Of a stretch of 64,000 nt of DNA, positions 18,863 through 28,846 are shown piece after piece. Source of the stretch: an uncultured Syntrophaceae bacterium (lineage in GTDB: Bacteria > Desulfobacterota > Syntrophia > Syntrophales > UBA6807). Location: NCBI GenBank assembly GCA_964523565.1, contig CAZGAK010000002.1:13961-77960 (forward strand), given 5' to 3'. Every line of letters begins with the position of its first letter. Positions within the stretch are counted from its first letter, which is position 1. The notes under the pieces were generated by a model. It ran no database searches and was not told where the DNA came from. It saw nothing but the letters and a program-made list of their open reading frames with translations. The position numbers and the translations under genes are program-made.

Positions 18863-21463
18863 TCATCCGTTACCACTTAATTCCTGCATCAATCCAGATT
18901 TCCAGTTTGTATATCGATCATCACGAACAGCTTGAAAAAATTCAGTTCTGTCTTCCGGCGACAAAAAGTAAAAATGGTATTTCCAATCAATACCGTTTTC
19001 CTTTAATTTCATATTCAACGAATCAAAATGCGCCTTTCCGTCCCGATATTTTGCTTTGTTTTTTTGATTAGTATCACCGTCTGCCTTTATCTCTACCACC
19101 AATATTTCATTCTTATCTCTTATCTTGATGAAGAAATCAGGATTAAAATTTTCATGTTTACTGTGAGTCCTTCCCTTTTCACCAGGTTTATAAGAATAGG
19201 GAAACGAATAAAATCCCTTATCCGGAGATTTGAAAATGGAATCAAACAAATCAATATTATTGAACAATGAATTAGCAAATCGACGTTCCGGCTCATAGGA
19301 GACAAAAAGTATATTTAACGGCGTTTTGAACTCATCATCCGTCTTTTCAAAGAGATTTTCCTGTAAAAATTTGATTTCTTCTTCATTCCCACCATATTCA
19401 ACAAGATTTTCTTTAATCTGATTATAGTTTGCCCTGTCTTTTAAAAATTTACCAAATAGCGTTTTTTGTTCTGCTGAAAGGGAATTGACAGAATCCTTTG
19501 TGTAATAAACATAACTGGTTTCCTTTATCGAATCCTCACTACAAGACTGTGGCGACATCTCCTCCCAGCTTAACGAATAAAGGGAATCAGGCCGCATTTT
19601 CATTCTGGGCGCTTCTTTATCTAATTCTCTGAACATCGGGCCGAATGCCTGTTTTGCTTTTGACAAATTTTCATTTGAAAGGAATGACGAATCACGACTG
19701 TCTTTTTCAAGGTTCTTAACAATAAAATCCTTAATTTTCTTAATCGGCCACTGCTTTGAAATAGAGGCGTCTTTCTCCTTCAAGAACAGTTTAATTTGGC
19801 GCGCGGCCTGCTCAACAGTCAATATGTCCTTGTTCTCAACAGTGAAACGGAAAGAACCTGTTTCCGAATAGATGCTGGTTTCTTTCCATTTCCTGCTCTG
19901 TGGTGAAAAATTCACCTTTTCAGGTTCTTTTGCGGGTTGTTTCTTGATTTCTATGGTGTCCTGTATGGAAGCATATTTTAAATTGTAAAGCGGGAAGGCA
20001 TAGCGTTTTTTGGATTCATCATAAAACCATGAGATCTTATTTTCTATTTCCAGGACTTCGTTATATAGATTGACAATCTTTGGCGTCCATCTTTCATGAT
20101 TATTGATTTTCACAAAGATCGGGTGTTCCAACCCTTTCGGTATTCTTAACCCCCTGCCCAGAACCTGTGAAATAAGCAATTTGGAATTAAAAGCCCGTTG
20201 TTCATGAGGTACAATCTGAAACACATTTTTAACATCCCATCCCTCGGTAAGCATACTTACAGAGACAATCCATTCTACGGGATTCTCCTTTTCATCAACA
20301 GACTTCAGCAATGCCAGATTTTCTTTCCGCACTTTTTCACCGTTGCTTAAAATACCATCAACAACCGCTCTTTCATTTGCCGAAGAAGGCAGACCGGAAG
20401 TCACCCAGATGACTTTTTTTGCTGCTTGGTCATAGGACAGGTTTTCTTTTTCAGAAATATAATTAACCAGATCGTTCCACACCTGGATACAGGTAACTAT
20501 CCTGTCGGTTATGATAATGGTAATGGGCTTTAAATTGCCGGAATGTATTTCCTGTATGGCTAAGTGATTCTGATACGTTTCATCAAACCCCTTCTCTTTA
20601 TCCGATTCTTCCTCGACCTTATAATCAATTTTTTTGATGATCCCGTCTTCCATTGCCTGTTTCAGACTGTAACGGTAAATCACGTCATGAAAATATTCAT
20701 CACCGATATAAGGCGTGCCCGTGAGCCCCAGCAGATAATGAAAATCGTAATCCTGGTTTATCAAGAAATCGTACCACTTCTTCACATTGGCGTCCGCCTT
20801 GCTGTATATGTGATGGGCTTCATCGCTGATGACCAGTGTCCTTTGTCCTTTGCCCTTAAAACTGTCGGAAATGGAAGAGCCTGTTCGCTGATAGGCGGCG
20901 TGGATGTTCTCAACACAAATATCACCGTTTAAGATTGGGACATTGGCGCTCTTAATGGCAGGAGAGGGATAAGCCGCATCCAGTTCGGTCAAAATCTGTG
21001 TCAATATGTTCTTCCCGCTAAATCCTTTAAACTTCTTTGTCAACTCTTCTTCGATTGTCAAAGACGGACATAAGACCAGCACCTTGTCCACCAGACCCTC
21101 CGCTAACATAATCTGAGCAACTGCGTATATTACCCAGCTTTTCCCCGTGCCTGTTGCCAGATCGATGCTGAACGATTTTTTATCTCTGATCTGAATATGT
21201 CCTAAATAATCATTCAGTTTATTGTAGCGGATTTTGAGCTTTGGGGATTGGTTATAAGTATGGACTGCAACCTGCTCTGTATTTTTATATTTATCGGAGA
21301 CAAAAAATCGAATGGCTGTTCTTGTCGCTTCACGGATGTGCTCAAAATCAGCGGTAGTCAGCGCGTCTAAAAAGGCGTCATACTTGTTGACTATGGACAG
21401 TACTTTTTCAGAATAGTCGTCTGTTCGGAGCAAGAAATCATCGTTTTTATATTTAAGGCTCAT
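18863..21463 (-). CDS. res: Type III restriction enzyme Res subunit (SF2 helicase + PD-(D/E)xK nuclease)
   Basis: DLATGTGKS, ISDEAH, LTGTP, VSMLTEGWD, QVLGRGLR; C-terminal FNPDFF...VVEIKA; overlaps mod by 4 nt. Confidence 0.9.
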   Translation of the reverse strand: MSLKYKNDDFLLRTDDYSEKVLSIVNKYDAFLDALTTADFEHIREATRTAIRFFVSDKYKNTEQVAVHTYNQSPKLKIRYNKLNDYLGHIQIRDKKSFSIDLATGTGKSWVIYAVAQIMLAEGLVDKVLVLCPSLTIEEELTKKFKGFSGKNILTQILTELDAAYPSPAIKSANVPILNGDICVENIHAAYQRTGSSISDSFKGKGQRTLVISDEAHHIYSKADANVKKWYDFLINQDYDFHYLLGLTGTPYIGDEYFHDVIYRYSLKQAMEDGIIKKIDYKVEEESDKEKGFDETYQNHLAIQEIHSGNLKPITIIITDRIVTCIQVWNDLVNYISEKENLSYDQAAKKVIWVTSGLPSSANERAVVDGILSNGEKVRKENLALLKSVDEKENPVEWIVSVSMLTEGWDVKNVFQIVPHEQRAFNSKLLISQVLGRGLRIPKGLEHPIFVKINNHERWTPKIVNLYNEVLEIENKISWFYDESKKRYAFPLYNLKYASIQDTIEIKKQPAKEPEKVNFSPQSRKWKETSIYSETGSFRFTVENKDILTVEQAARQIKLFLKEKDASISKQWPIKKIKDFIVKNLEKDSRDSSFLSNENLSKAKQAFGPMFRELDKEAPRMKMRPDSLYSLSWEEMSPQSCSEDSIKETSYVYYTKDSVNSLSAEQKTLFGKFLKDRANYNQIKENLVEYGGNEEEIKFLQENLFEKTDDEFKTPLNILFVSYEPERRFANSLFNNIDLFDSIFKSPDKGFYSFPYSYKPGEKGRTHSKHENFNPDFFIKIRDKNEILVVEIKADGDTNQKNKAKYRDGKAHFDSLNMKLKENGIDWKYHFYFLSPEDRTEFFQAVRDDRYTNWKSGLMQELSGNG

Positions 21464-23862
21464 TTAAAATCCCCTTTTGATTTCAAAACTTTGAGTTCAT
21501 TTCCGTACTTATCCATAAATATTACCAGCATCTTTTTGCCGGTAAATTCATTTTGCGGAATTCTGACAACGGCTTTGGTTTTAGCTTCATCAAGTATTTT
21601 GTCTGCCCAGAATGCCTTATCCAGATTGAAATACTCGCCGTTGTAATTGGTATCGATCAAAACCATTGAGAGCGTTTCAAAATTTTCAAAATCCTCCGGA
21701 TCGTAAATCAAAGTATTGGATTTGAATTGAGTAATTTCAATAACAAAATCCTTATGCTTCTGATTAAACAGATTACGGTTTTCAGGCACTTTCCGGCAGT
21801 ACTTTGCAGCAACCTGGGGCTGGGAGATAAAGTCAAATCCTACCGCGTCAATCACTTCGTTGACATCATTTTCACTAACCGGCTGTTTCAGACTCCCCGG
21901 CTCGCCCTTTTCAATGAGCGCCATCAATATGGATAGAGGAACTTTCAGAAAAACATAGGTGGTTCCGTCGATTGGTATTTCATCTTCCATAAATCCCATC
22001 GAGAGAACAGGGGCGATTACATAGAATTTGTTGCCGGCCCTGCCGCCTAAAACCGTGTGCAGTGTTTTGACATATCCTGTGTCAAGGATTAAATCTTTCT
22101 GATTCGGATAGTCCCAGATATAAGCTGAATGGATGCCGATATAGCCGTCTGCTGTAAAGCCGTGTATCTTGTGAGTCTCGGGGCGAAGGCCGAAAAGCTG
22201 GGTGACAAAAGGCTTATAATGCTCCCATTCCATATTCAGGATCTGTTTGTTATCGTAGATGCCGGCATTGTAAAGTGTGAATTCTCTGGCTTTCAGTGGT
22301 TTTTCCTTTTCAGCCTTTTCTTTCGGTTGGATAAAAGAAATCAGAAAGTTGATTTTACCCACCGTTACAGTCTTTTTACCCGCTTTTCCGTCTTCGTTTT
22401 CCGTTACTTTTAGCTTGTGGATTTTGAACTTTTCTTCCGGGCAGACCAGTGAAAACGATTGTTCTTTATTGCCGGATAAATTCTCTAAAATAAAACCGGC
22501 AAGGTTCTTGAGAAATGTGTCGGTAATGACCAGATCGCCCCTGCGGGCCTTTTCATAAATAAAAAACAACCCGCGTGAATTTTTGGAATGGTCTTCAAAA
22601 TCATCTACACGTTCATAATCCCGGCGGTCATCGGTTTTTACGGAACCGATTCGTGTGGTGAGATTGAGCATTCTTTTCTGGATGGTGTAAATCGCAAGTT
22701 TTCCACAATCCATTCCAATCCAGCGGCGGCCAAGTTTTTCTGCAACGGCAAGAGTTGTGCCGGAGCCGGCGAAGGCATCGAGGACAATGTCGTTTTTGTT
22801 GGAGGAAACTTTAATAATTCTTCCTAATAAATCTTCAGGTTTTTGGGTTGGATAATTGACTCTTTCTACAGCTTGAGAGTTTGTCGGGTATATATCAGCC
22901 CAAAAAGATTGTAATGGTATCCCTTTCATTTCATCTAAGTACTTCTTAACTCTAATTCCACCCTTTGATGTAAAATGTAGCCTTCCTTCTTTATCTAACC
23001 GTTTCATTGTTTCGGACGGACATCTCCAATAACCATTTACTCCTTTATATTCATAGTAATACCCACCTCCTGCTAAACCTTTAGCGGTTATAGGGCCGTC
23101 TGTCCATTTCCGTCCATCAGAATCAACGTTTCGAAATCTTTCTAAGTACTTCTCACCATAGTTTTCATACATCTGATTCCATAAATAATATTCATTTTTT
23201 GTGTAGAAGTAAATATGATCGGTGTTAGATCCATATTTAGCGGAGTCACTATGAGCACTTGTTCTTTTCCAAGATATTTCATTTTTAAAATTATGTTCGC
23301 CAAATATTTCATCTAATAATGTTTTTATGTAATGACCTTTTTTTTCATCTAAATGCACATAAATAGAACCGTCATCGGCCAATATTTCCCGCATTAGAAT
23401 TAAGCGCTTGCGTAAGAACTCAATGAACTGCGCTCCGATAATCTTGTCCCGGTACGCCTTTTCCCGATCTTTCATAAAATCCTGTTTTGTGGCAAAGGGA
23501 GGATCAATGTAGATGAGTTTAATGCGGTTTTTCGTTTTATATCTGTTTTCGTTCCGCTGATCATCATAGAGGGTTTTAAGGGCCAGCAGGTTATCGCCGA
23601 AAATGAGCATATTCCGCCAGTCGCCATCAAAGGGATTGTCGTTGTTAAAAGAACGGACTTTCTGAAAAGGAGCGACAGGCGTACCGGCAATAATGTCCTC
23701 TTTTCGAGTTTTTCCCTTATAAACCAGCCTGTAGTCTTTGGTGGCTTCGATGAATTCCGAATCATCGGAATCAAAAAGCTTGCTTTTGTAAATCGCAGGG
23801 ATCGGCTTCCCCGCTTGAATTAACTCAACAATCTTCTGTTTTTCGTTCTCAGTAAGTTTCAA
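21460..23862 (-). CDS. mod: Type III Mod subunit, N6-adenine DNA methyltransferase
   Basis: IFGDNL, LIYIDPPF, YPTQKPEDLLGRII, VLDAFAGSGTT; long C-terminal extension. Confidence 0.92.
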   Translation of the reverse strand: MKLTENEKQKIVELIQAGKPIPAIYKSKLFDSDDSEFIEATKDYRLVYKGKTRKEDIIAGTPVAPFQKVRSFNNDNPFDGDWRNMLIFGDNLLALKTLYDDQRNENRYKTKNRIKLIYIDPPFATKQDFMKDREKAYRDKIIGAQFIEFLRKRLILMREILADDGSIYVHLDEKKGHYIKTLLDEIFGEHNFKNEISWKRTSAHSDSAKYGSNTDHIYFYTKNEYYLWNQMYENYGEKYLERFRNVDSDGRKWTDGPITAKGLAGGGYYYEYKGVNGYWRCPSETMKRLDKEGRLHFTSKGGIRVKKYLDEMKGIPLQSFWADIYPTNSQAVERVNYPTQKPEDLLGRIIKVSSNKNDIVLDAFAGSGTTLAVAEKLGRRWIGMDCGKLAIYTIQKRMLNLTTRIGSVKTDDRRDYERVDDFEDHSKNSRGLFFIYEKARRGDLVITDTFLKNLAGFILENLSGNKEQSFSLVCPEEKFKIHKLKVTENEDGKAGKKTVTVGKINFLISFIQPKEKAEKEKPLKAREFTLYNAGIYDNKQILNMEWEHYKPFVTQLFGLRPETHKIHGFTADGYIGIHSAYIWDYPNQKDLILDTGYVKTLHTVLGGRAGNKFYVIAPVLSMGFMEDEIPIDGTTYVFLKVPLSILMALIEKGEPGSLKQPVSENDVNEVIDAVGFDFISQPQVAAKYCRKVPENRNLFNQKHKDFVIEITQFKSNTLIYDPEDFENFETLSMVLIDTNYNGEYFNLDKAFWADKILDEAKTKAVVRIPQNEFTGKKMLVIFMDKYGNELKVLKSKGDFK

Positions 23863-24167
23863 AATATTGCCTTTAAATTCTTTCTGTTCTTTAAGGTCTT
23901 TCAGCTAATGGGGCGCGTCAGGGACGTTCGTACAGAACATGCATAAAATTGGATATTGTCTTTTCCCTGGTACTCTTTTTGATGAAACAAGCGTCATCTG
24001 TTTTCCTCAACTCACGAAGTTAACTATTATTAAACCATCTAACTCAGGCAATTACACTTTAACTGAAATTACAGGGAAATTACAGGGACAGTATATCTAT
24101 TTCCCGAAAGGAAAATGGAAATAATATTCATATTGTCCCGTGATTCTCTCAAATTTATACACCTGCC

Positions 24168-25235
24168 CTACACAGGTTTTGCCTCCAGCCGTTTCCGTGC
24201 CAGTTTAACCGCTTTGTGGAGCTTCTGCTCCAGCAGTTTGCGCTTTGGTAGTTCTGTCATGTATTCGGCCACGTTGATGCCGCTTTTATCCAATTGCAAC
24301 AGCTCTATCTGCTCGCTGGTTTTCCCGGCGCAGAGGATTAATCCCAAGGGTGTTTCTTCGCCGGGTTCCTTTTCATATTTTTCCAGCCAGCGCAGATAGA
24401 GTTCCATCTGGCCTTTGTAAGCAGCCTTGAACTTGCCGAGTTTTAATTCAAGAGCAATAAGCCGTTTGAGTTTGCGGTGAAAAAAGAGCAGATCAAGATA
24501 ATAATCCTCGTTATCAATAGTGATCCTTTTTTGGCGGGCAACAAACGAAAATCCGGCCCCAAGCTCCAAGATAAAGCTCTCCATTTCCCGAAGGATGGCA
24601 GTTTCGAGATCTTTTTCACTAAAAGTATCTTTCAAGCCAAGAAAGTCGAGGAAATAAGGATCCCTGAAAACCAGGTCCGGTGTTAACCTGTCCTCATCCC
24701 GCAGGGCGGCAAGATCTTTCTCGATCAGTTTTTCAGGCTTCTTTGATATGGCGGTGCGCTCATAAAGCATGCCATCAATTTTCTTTCGCAATGTCCGAAC
24801 ACTCCAGCGTTCTATCTGGCACATTTCGGCGTAGAAATCGCGTTGAAAAGGCTTTTTAAGCGGCAGAATTTCCTTAAAATGTGACCATCTCAATTGTTGC
24901 GACAGTGTAGCAACAATTTGACTATCGGGAAATATCTCAGCGAAACGAACCATTCGGGTGAGCGCCGTATAGCTGAATCCGTTCCCGTATTCTTTTGTTA
25001 ATTCTTGCGACAGTGTCGCAAGAATCTCTTTCCCGTACTCCGCCCGCTTTTCCTTCAAAATATCCTGGCGAATCCGATTGCCGATCTGCCAGTAAAGAAT
25101 GGTCAAGCCGGCATTAACCGCAACGGCGACATTTTGCCTAGCAGTTTCAATGAGCGAACGGATGTCGCTGATGAGATCAGCGGAAACGGACTCGGTGTAT
25201 TTTTTTACAACCTGTTTTCCCGTGTCCTTTTTCAT
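24168..25235 (-). CDS. YhcG/DUF1016 PD-(D/E)xK nuclease-domain protein (copy A)
   Basis: LYWQIG, LRWSHF, WSVRTL, FRDPYFLDFL, ELGAGFSFVARQKR, DLLFFHRKL, ELKLG, GLILC. Confidence 0.9.
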   Translation of the reverse strand: MKKDTGKQVVKKYTESVSADLISDIRSLIETARQNVAVAVNAGLTILYWQIGNRIRQDILKEKRAEYGKEILATLSQELTKEYGNGFSYTALTRMVRFAEIFPDSQIVATLSQQLRWSHFKEILPLKKPFQRDFYAEMCQIERWSVRTLRKKIDGMLYERTAISKKPEKLIEKDLAALRDEDRLTPDLVFRDPYFLDFLGLKDTFSEKDLETAILREMESFILELGAGFSFVARQKRITIDNEDYYLDLLFFHRKLKRLIALELKLGKFKAAYKGQMELYLRWLEKYEKEPGEETPLGLILCAGKTSEQIELLQLDKSGINVAEYMTELPKRKLLEQKLHKAVKLARKRLEAKPV

Positions 25236-25296
25236 GTTTTGACAACCTCGCTGATAAGCCCCTTCAATTGTAATAATCATCACATAATTCCAAGGA

Positions 25297-25455
25297 CAGT
25301 ATATCAATTTCCCGAAGGAAACAGGCAATAATATCATGCTGTCCCGTGATTCTCTCAAATCTGTATGCAGTTTTGTGTCCTATGCAGGTTTTACCTCCAG
25401 CCGTTTCCGCGCCGGTTCAACTGCGTTGTGAAGTTTCCGCTCCAGAGCCTTTTTT
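25297..25455 (-). pseudogene. 3' remnant of a copy-A-type YhcG gene with its downstream sequence
   Basis: Encodes KALERKLHNAVEPARKRLEVKPA* (stop 25380-25382), versus KLLEQKLHKAVKLARKRLEAKPV*. DNA is a degenerate direct repeat of ~24088-24240. Confidence 0.8.
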
Positions 25456-25508
25456 CTAATGCATCAATGTTTTCCATTCAGTTGAATCCTTATGATATCC
25501 TGATTTTT

Positions 25509-26534
25509 CTACAAATCCTCTATTAACCCTGCCTCCAATTCCTCAATTGTCGGCAAGCTCGATTTTAGTTCTTCAGGTATAGCCTCTGTAAGTTTATATT
25601 CAGACACACCGATGGGTTTGCTCATGTCACGGAGCGCATATTCCGCTACGATTTTATTTTTTGTTTTGCAGAGAATAATACCAATGGAAGGATTGTCCTG
25701 TTCTGTCTTTACCAAATCATCCAGAGCAGAAAGGTAAAAATTTATTTTACCAGCATACTCAGGTTTAAATTCTACGACTTTCAGTTCTATGGCAACAAAG
25801 CACCGTAATCTTAGGTGATAAAAGAGCAGATCTATAAAATAATCCTGCCCGCCGACCTCAATATTATACTGTCTACCAAGGTAAGTGAAGCCAACACCCA
25901 TTTCTAGCAAAAACCTGGTTATATTTTGGACAAGCTGGTTTTCAAGGTCTCTTTCGTGAGCTTCTTCACCAACTGTCAGAAAATCAAAGATGTAGGGATC
26001 TTTCAGGGTCTCCTTTGCCAGATCAGATTGTGGCGCCGGTAAAGTCCGATCAAAGTTATGTGTTAAACCGCTCTGCCTGTTATAAAGATCAGTTTCTACC
26101 TGGTGGACCAATACGCTTCTGGACCATCCATTTTGAATAGTCTGTTGAATATACCATTCTCTCTCTTCTGCACCTTTAACTTTATCAATCAATATACAAT
26201 TATGGAACCATGGAATTTGTGCAGCAGATTGCTGCACAAATTCAGAATCCGGATAAACCTCAGCAAACTTCCTCATATATTTCAGATTTCTTGAAGAAAA
26301 CCCCTTCATTTCAGGAAATGATCCGCGCAAATCTGTAGAAAGCCGTTCGATTATCTTTGCACCCCATCCCTCGCTTTCTTGCCGCAATAATATCTCGTTG
26401 CCTATTTCCCAGTAAAGGAGAATCATTTGTGCATTAACACTAAGAGCAGCCTTGACTCTGGATGTACGTATTTTATCTTTGAGCCTCTTGAGAAAATCAA
26501 CATAGGATTTAGTCTTCGTAAGATCGATTATCAT
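25509..26534 (-). CDS. YhcG/DUF1016 PD-(D/E)xK nuclease-domain protein (copy B)
   Basis: LLYWEIG, GFSSRNLKYMR, IPWFHN, LKDPYIFDFL, DLLFYHLRLRC, ELKVVEFKPEYAGK. Confidence 0.92.
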   Translation of the reverse strand: MIIDLTKTKSYVDFLKRLKDKIRTSRVKAALSVNAQMILLYWEIGNEILLRQESEGWGAKIIERLSTDLRGSFPEMKGFSSRNLKYMRKFAEVYPDSEFVQQSAAQIPWFHNCILIDKVKGAEEREWYIQQTIQNGWSRSVLVHQVETDLYNRQSGLTHNFDRTLPAPQSDLAKETLKDPYIFDFLTVGEEAHERDLENQLVQNITRFLLEMGVGFTYLGRQYNIEVGGQDYFIDLLFYHLRLRCFVAIELKVVEFKPEYAGKINFYLSALDDLVKTEQDNPSIGIILCKTKNKIVAEYALRDMSKPIGVSEYKLTEAIPEELKSSLPTIEELEAGLIEDL

Positions 26535-26549
26535 GAAAAAATCCTTTCA

Positions 26550-26897
26550 TTAGGCATCGTTCCCGTAAGTTGCCTTGTCTTCAGCAACCGTTGCCTGTTT
26601 TGGACGCTCAGGCAGTTGAATATCTATATGAACCGTTGCCCCAAGAACCTCAGCAACCCTGCGCAACATGCTCAGGGAGTGGCCCTCATACGATGTTGAT
26701 TCAAGACGGCTTATCTGCTGTTGAGATGTTCCCACCCTTTGGGCCAGTTCCTTTTGAGATAAACCAGCCTTTTTACGCAAAGCAGCTAACTGCAGAGCTA
26801 CGTCCCAGGCCTCGCCGGCCTTTTGATAGCGTCTGACAAAATCAGGATCTTTCAACTGCTCTTCAAGGTATCTGTCAAAATTGGTTTTTCGTTTCAT
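26550..26897 (-). CDS. XRE-family HTH protein, probable antitoxin
   Basis: LAALRKKAGLSQKELAQRVGTSQQQISRLE; ATGA overlap with the upstream toxin gene. Confidence 0.85.
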   Translation of the reverse strand: MKRKTNFDRYLEEQLKDPDFVRRYQKAGEAWDVALQLAALRKKAGLSQKELAQRVGTSQQQISRLESTSYEGHSLSMLRRVAEVLGATVHIDIQLPERPKQATVAEDKATYGNDA

Positions 26898-27247
26898 ACC
26901 GGATTTCTCTCCAGCCAATCAAGTTTTCTGTCCAAAGCAACCTTACGATCTTTTGAGGCAATCTTTTTTGCTTTGCTTCGAATCCCATGCAAAGTAATGA
27001 TCCTCTTTCCCTTCATAAAAAAATACAGGACACGGGAGTTCAATTTTCCCAGATGTCTCAGCTCAAAAAGGTCATCACCAATAGATTTTGAAAGAGGCGG
27101 TCTGTGATAATTCCTGTTTTGAAGTTTAGCAAGACCGGCCATTACTGCTGCAAAATCGTCAGGATCCGATTCCTTAAGGTCGTCGAGAAACTCCCGTACA
27201 GGACATCGCCTTGAACTTGTTTCATAAAACTCTATAGTAAATTCCAT
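26894..27247 (-). CDS. RelE/ParE (Gp49-like) type II toxin
   Basis: IEFYET...PVREFL...SKSIGDDLFELRH...RVLYFF...LHGIRSK; precedes an XRE gene. Confidence 0.8.
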   Translation of the reverse strand: MEFTIEFYETSSRRCPVREFLDDLKESDPDDFAAVMAGLAKLQNRNYHRPPLSKSIGDDLFELRHLGKLNSRVLYFFMKGKRIITLHGIRSKAKKIASKDRKVALDRKLDWLERNPV

Positions 27248-28022
27248 AATCAGTCAACATCAATATTGATGTATTTAAACGCTCCCATAACTCTCTAATC
27301 GCTTTCATCTCATATTTTTCGATCAGCCCTTCATCGGTAAAGCTGAAGTAGCGGTTGTCTCCGATAATAATATGGTCGAAAAAGCTGATGCCCGTTGCTT
27401 TTGTCGCCATCATCAGGCTTTTTGTAAACGCTTTGTCATCTTTACTGGGAGTTGTCGAACCGGAGGGGTGATTGTGGGCGACAATGATGGAAGGAGCGTT
27501 ATGTTTAATCGCATTCTGCAAGATATCACGAATATAGGGATTTGCCCTGTCAACTGTCCCATAGTCAATATCCATCATATCCGATATAGCATTCCGTCTG
27601 TCAAGGAGGAGCAGAATAAAACGCTCCTTTTTCAAATCCCTCATGAGGGGCATCAGGAAATTCGCAACATCAGATGATTTTTTAATCGAGCCCTCGAGTG
27701 CTTTTTCTTCGCTTAACATCCTTCGGCCCAATTCGATGGCTGCCTTGATCTGTGCAATTTTTGCGTCTTTGAGTCCGGAAATCTCTTTAAACTCAGAAGC
27801 ATCGATGCCGCTCATGGCGCGTAGCGACTTGTATTTGTGAAGCAATTCCCTGCCAATATCCACGGCGCTTCTTCCGGGTGTACCCGTCCGAATAAGAATG
27901 GCGAGAAGCTCCGCGTTGCTCAAGGCATGTTCGCCATATTTCAGCAACTTTTCCCGTGGCCGGTCGTCTTTCGACCATTCACGGATGGGGAGGGGATACT
28001 TTGCTTTTTCTTTCTTTTTCAT
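27222..28022 (-). CDS. radC: RadC (JAB domain) protein
   Basis: DRPREKLL, LSNAELLAILIRTG, AAIELGRR, HNHPSG...PSKDD, DHIIIG. Confidence 0.93.
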   Translation of the reverse strand: MKKKEKAKYPLPIREWSKDDRPREKLLKYGEHALSNAELLAILIRTGTPGRSAVDIGRELLHKYKSLRAMSGIDASEFKEISGLKDAKIAQIKAAIELGRRMLSEEKALEGSIKKSSDVANFLMPLMRDLKKERFILLLLDRRNAISDMMDIDYGTVDRANPYIRDILQNAIKHNAPSIIVAHNHPSGSTTPSKDDKAFTKSLMMATKATGISFFDHIIIGDNRYFSFTDEGLIEKYEMKAIRELWERLNTSILMLTDYGIYYRVL

Positions 28023-28156
28023 TTTACAGTGGACGTATCGAGTAATTCTGTTTTTGAGAAATGTACACCATCGCTAATATTTTAAATATAGTCAATATAT
28101 CAATCCCAAATTACACAAACAATCCCGCAGATTGACGTAGAGATTGCAGAAAAGGG

Positions 28157-28846
28157 CTATTTCTGGATGGAAACTAATTCACATTCCAGTATGTTGAGGA
28201 AGGAGTGTTCGCCACGATTCACCTTTTCAGATTTCACGATGTTTATTCTTTTCTTGAATATGGGGCCCGATACCACGAGAGTATGGTATTCCCCGTTTTC
28301 ACCAGACATATCTACATCCTTGATTTCTGAAATGTCACGGACAAAATCATAATCAATCCTGCGCCCCAGCCATTCCGGGCCCAACAAATCTTTTTTGGTG
28401 GCCACAACAACGGTTTCGAACCCGGCTTCTACCAACTCCTCTATGAGATTTTCCCTGTTCTTTTCTCCCCACAGGGGCAGGACGGCCTCCATCCCCGATT
28501 CTCTGCTGACCCTTTCTACCCATTCCCTGTGCCCTTCCAAGTCGATATCTCCGAAGATCCCTGCCTCAACCCCTTTATCCTTCAAGTCGGACAGGGCCTT
28601 TTTAAATTCCGCCTCGTATGTTTCCCAGGAACTTCGAGGCTGAACGATGGGAAGGCCTATCGCCTCCGCCTGCATCCGCAGCACCTCTGTTCTGATGCCG
28701 TGGGATCGGGAAATTTGACCATCTTCGGCTACCATATTTAAGAAATATGTTATTTGAAAATCCTTCATCGCCCTGTAGTAAGACAAAGCCGCATCCTTCC
28801 CACCGCTCCAGGAAACAAACGCGTTTAATTTTACAATTTTTCCCAT
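28157..28846 (-). CDS. Dph6/DUF71-like PP-loop ATP pyrophosphatase
   Basis: SWSGGKDA, SHGI...QAEAIGLP, IFGDIDL, LPLW, GENGEYHTLV. Confidence 0.88.
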   Translation of the reverse strand: MGKIVKLNAFVSWSGGKDAALSYYRAMKDFQITYFLNMVAEDGQISRSHGIRTEVLRMQAEAIGLPIVQPRSSWETYEAEFKKALSDLKDKGVEAGIFGDIDLEGHREWVERVSRESGMEAVLPLWGEKNRENLIEELVEAGFETVVVATKKDLLGPEWLGRRIDYDFVRDISEIKDVDMSGENGEYHTLVVSGPIFKKRINIVKSEKVNRGEHSFLNILECELVSIQK

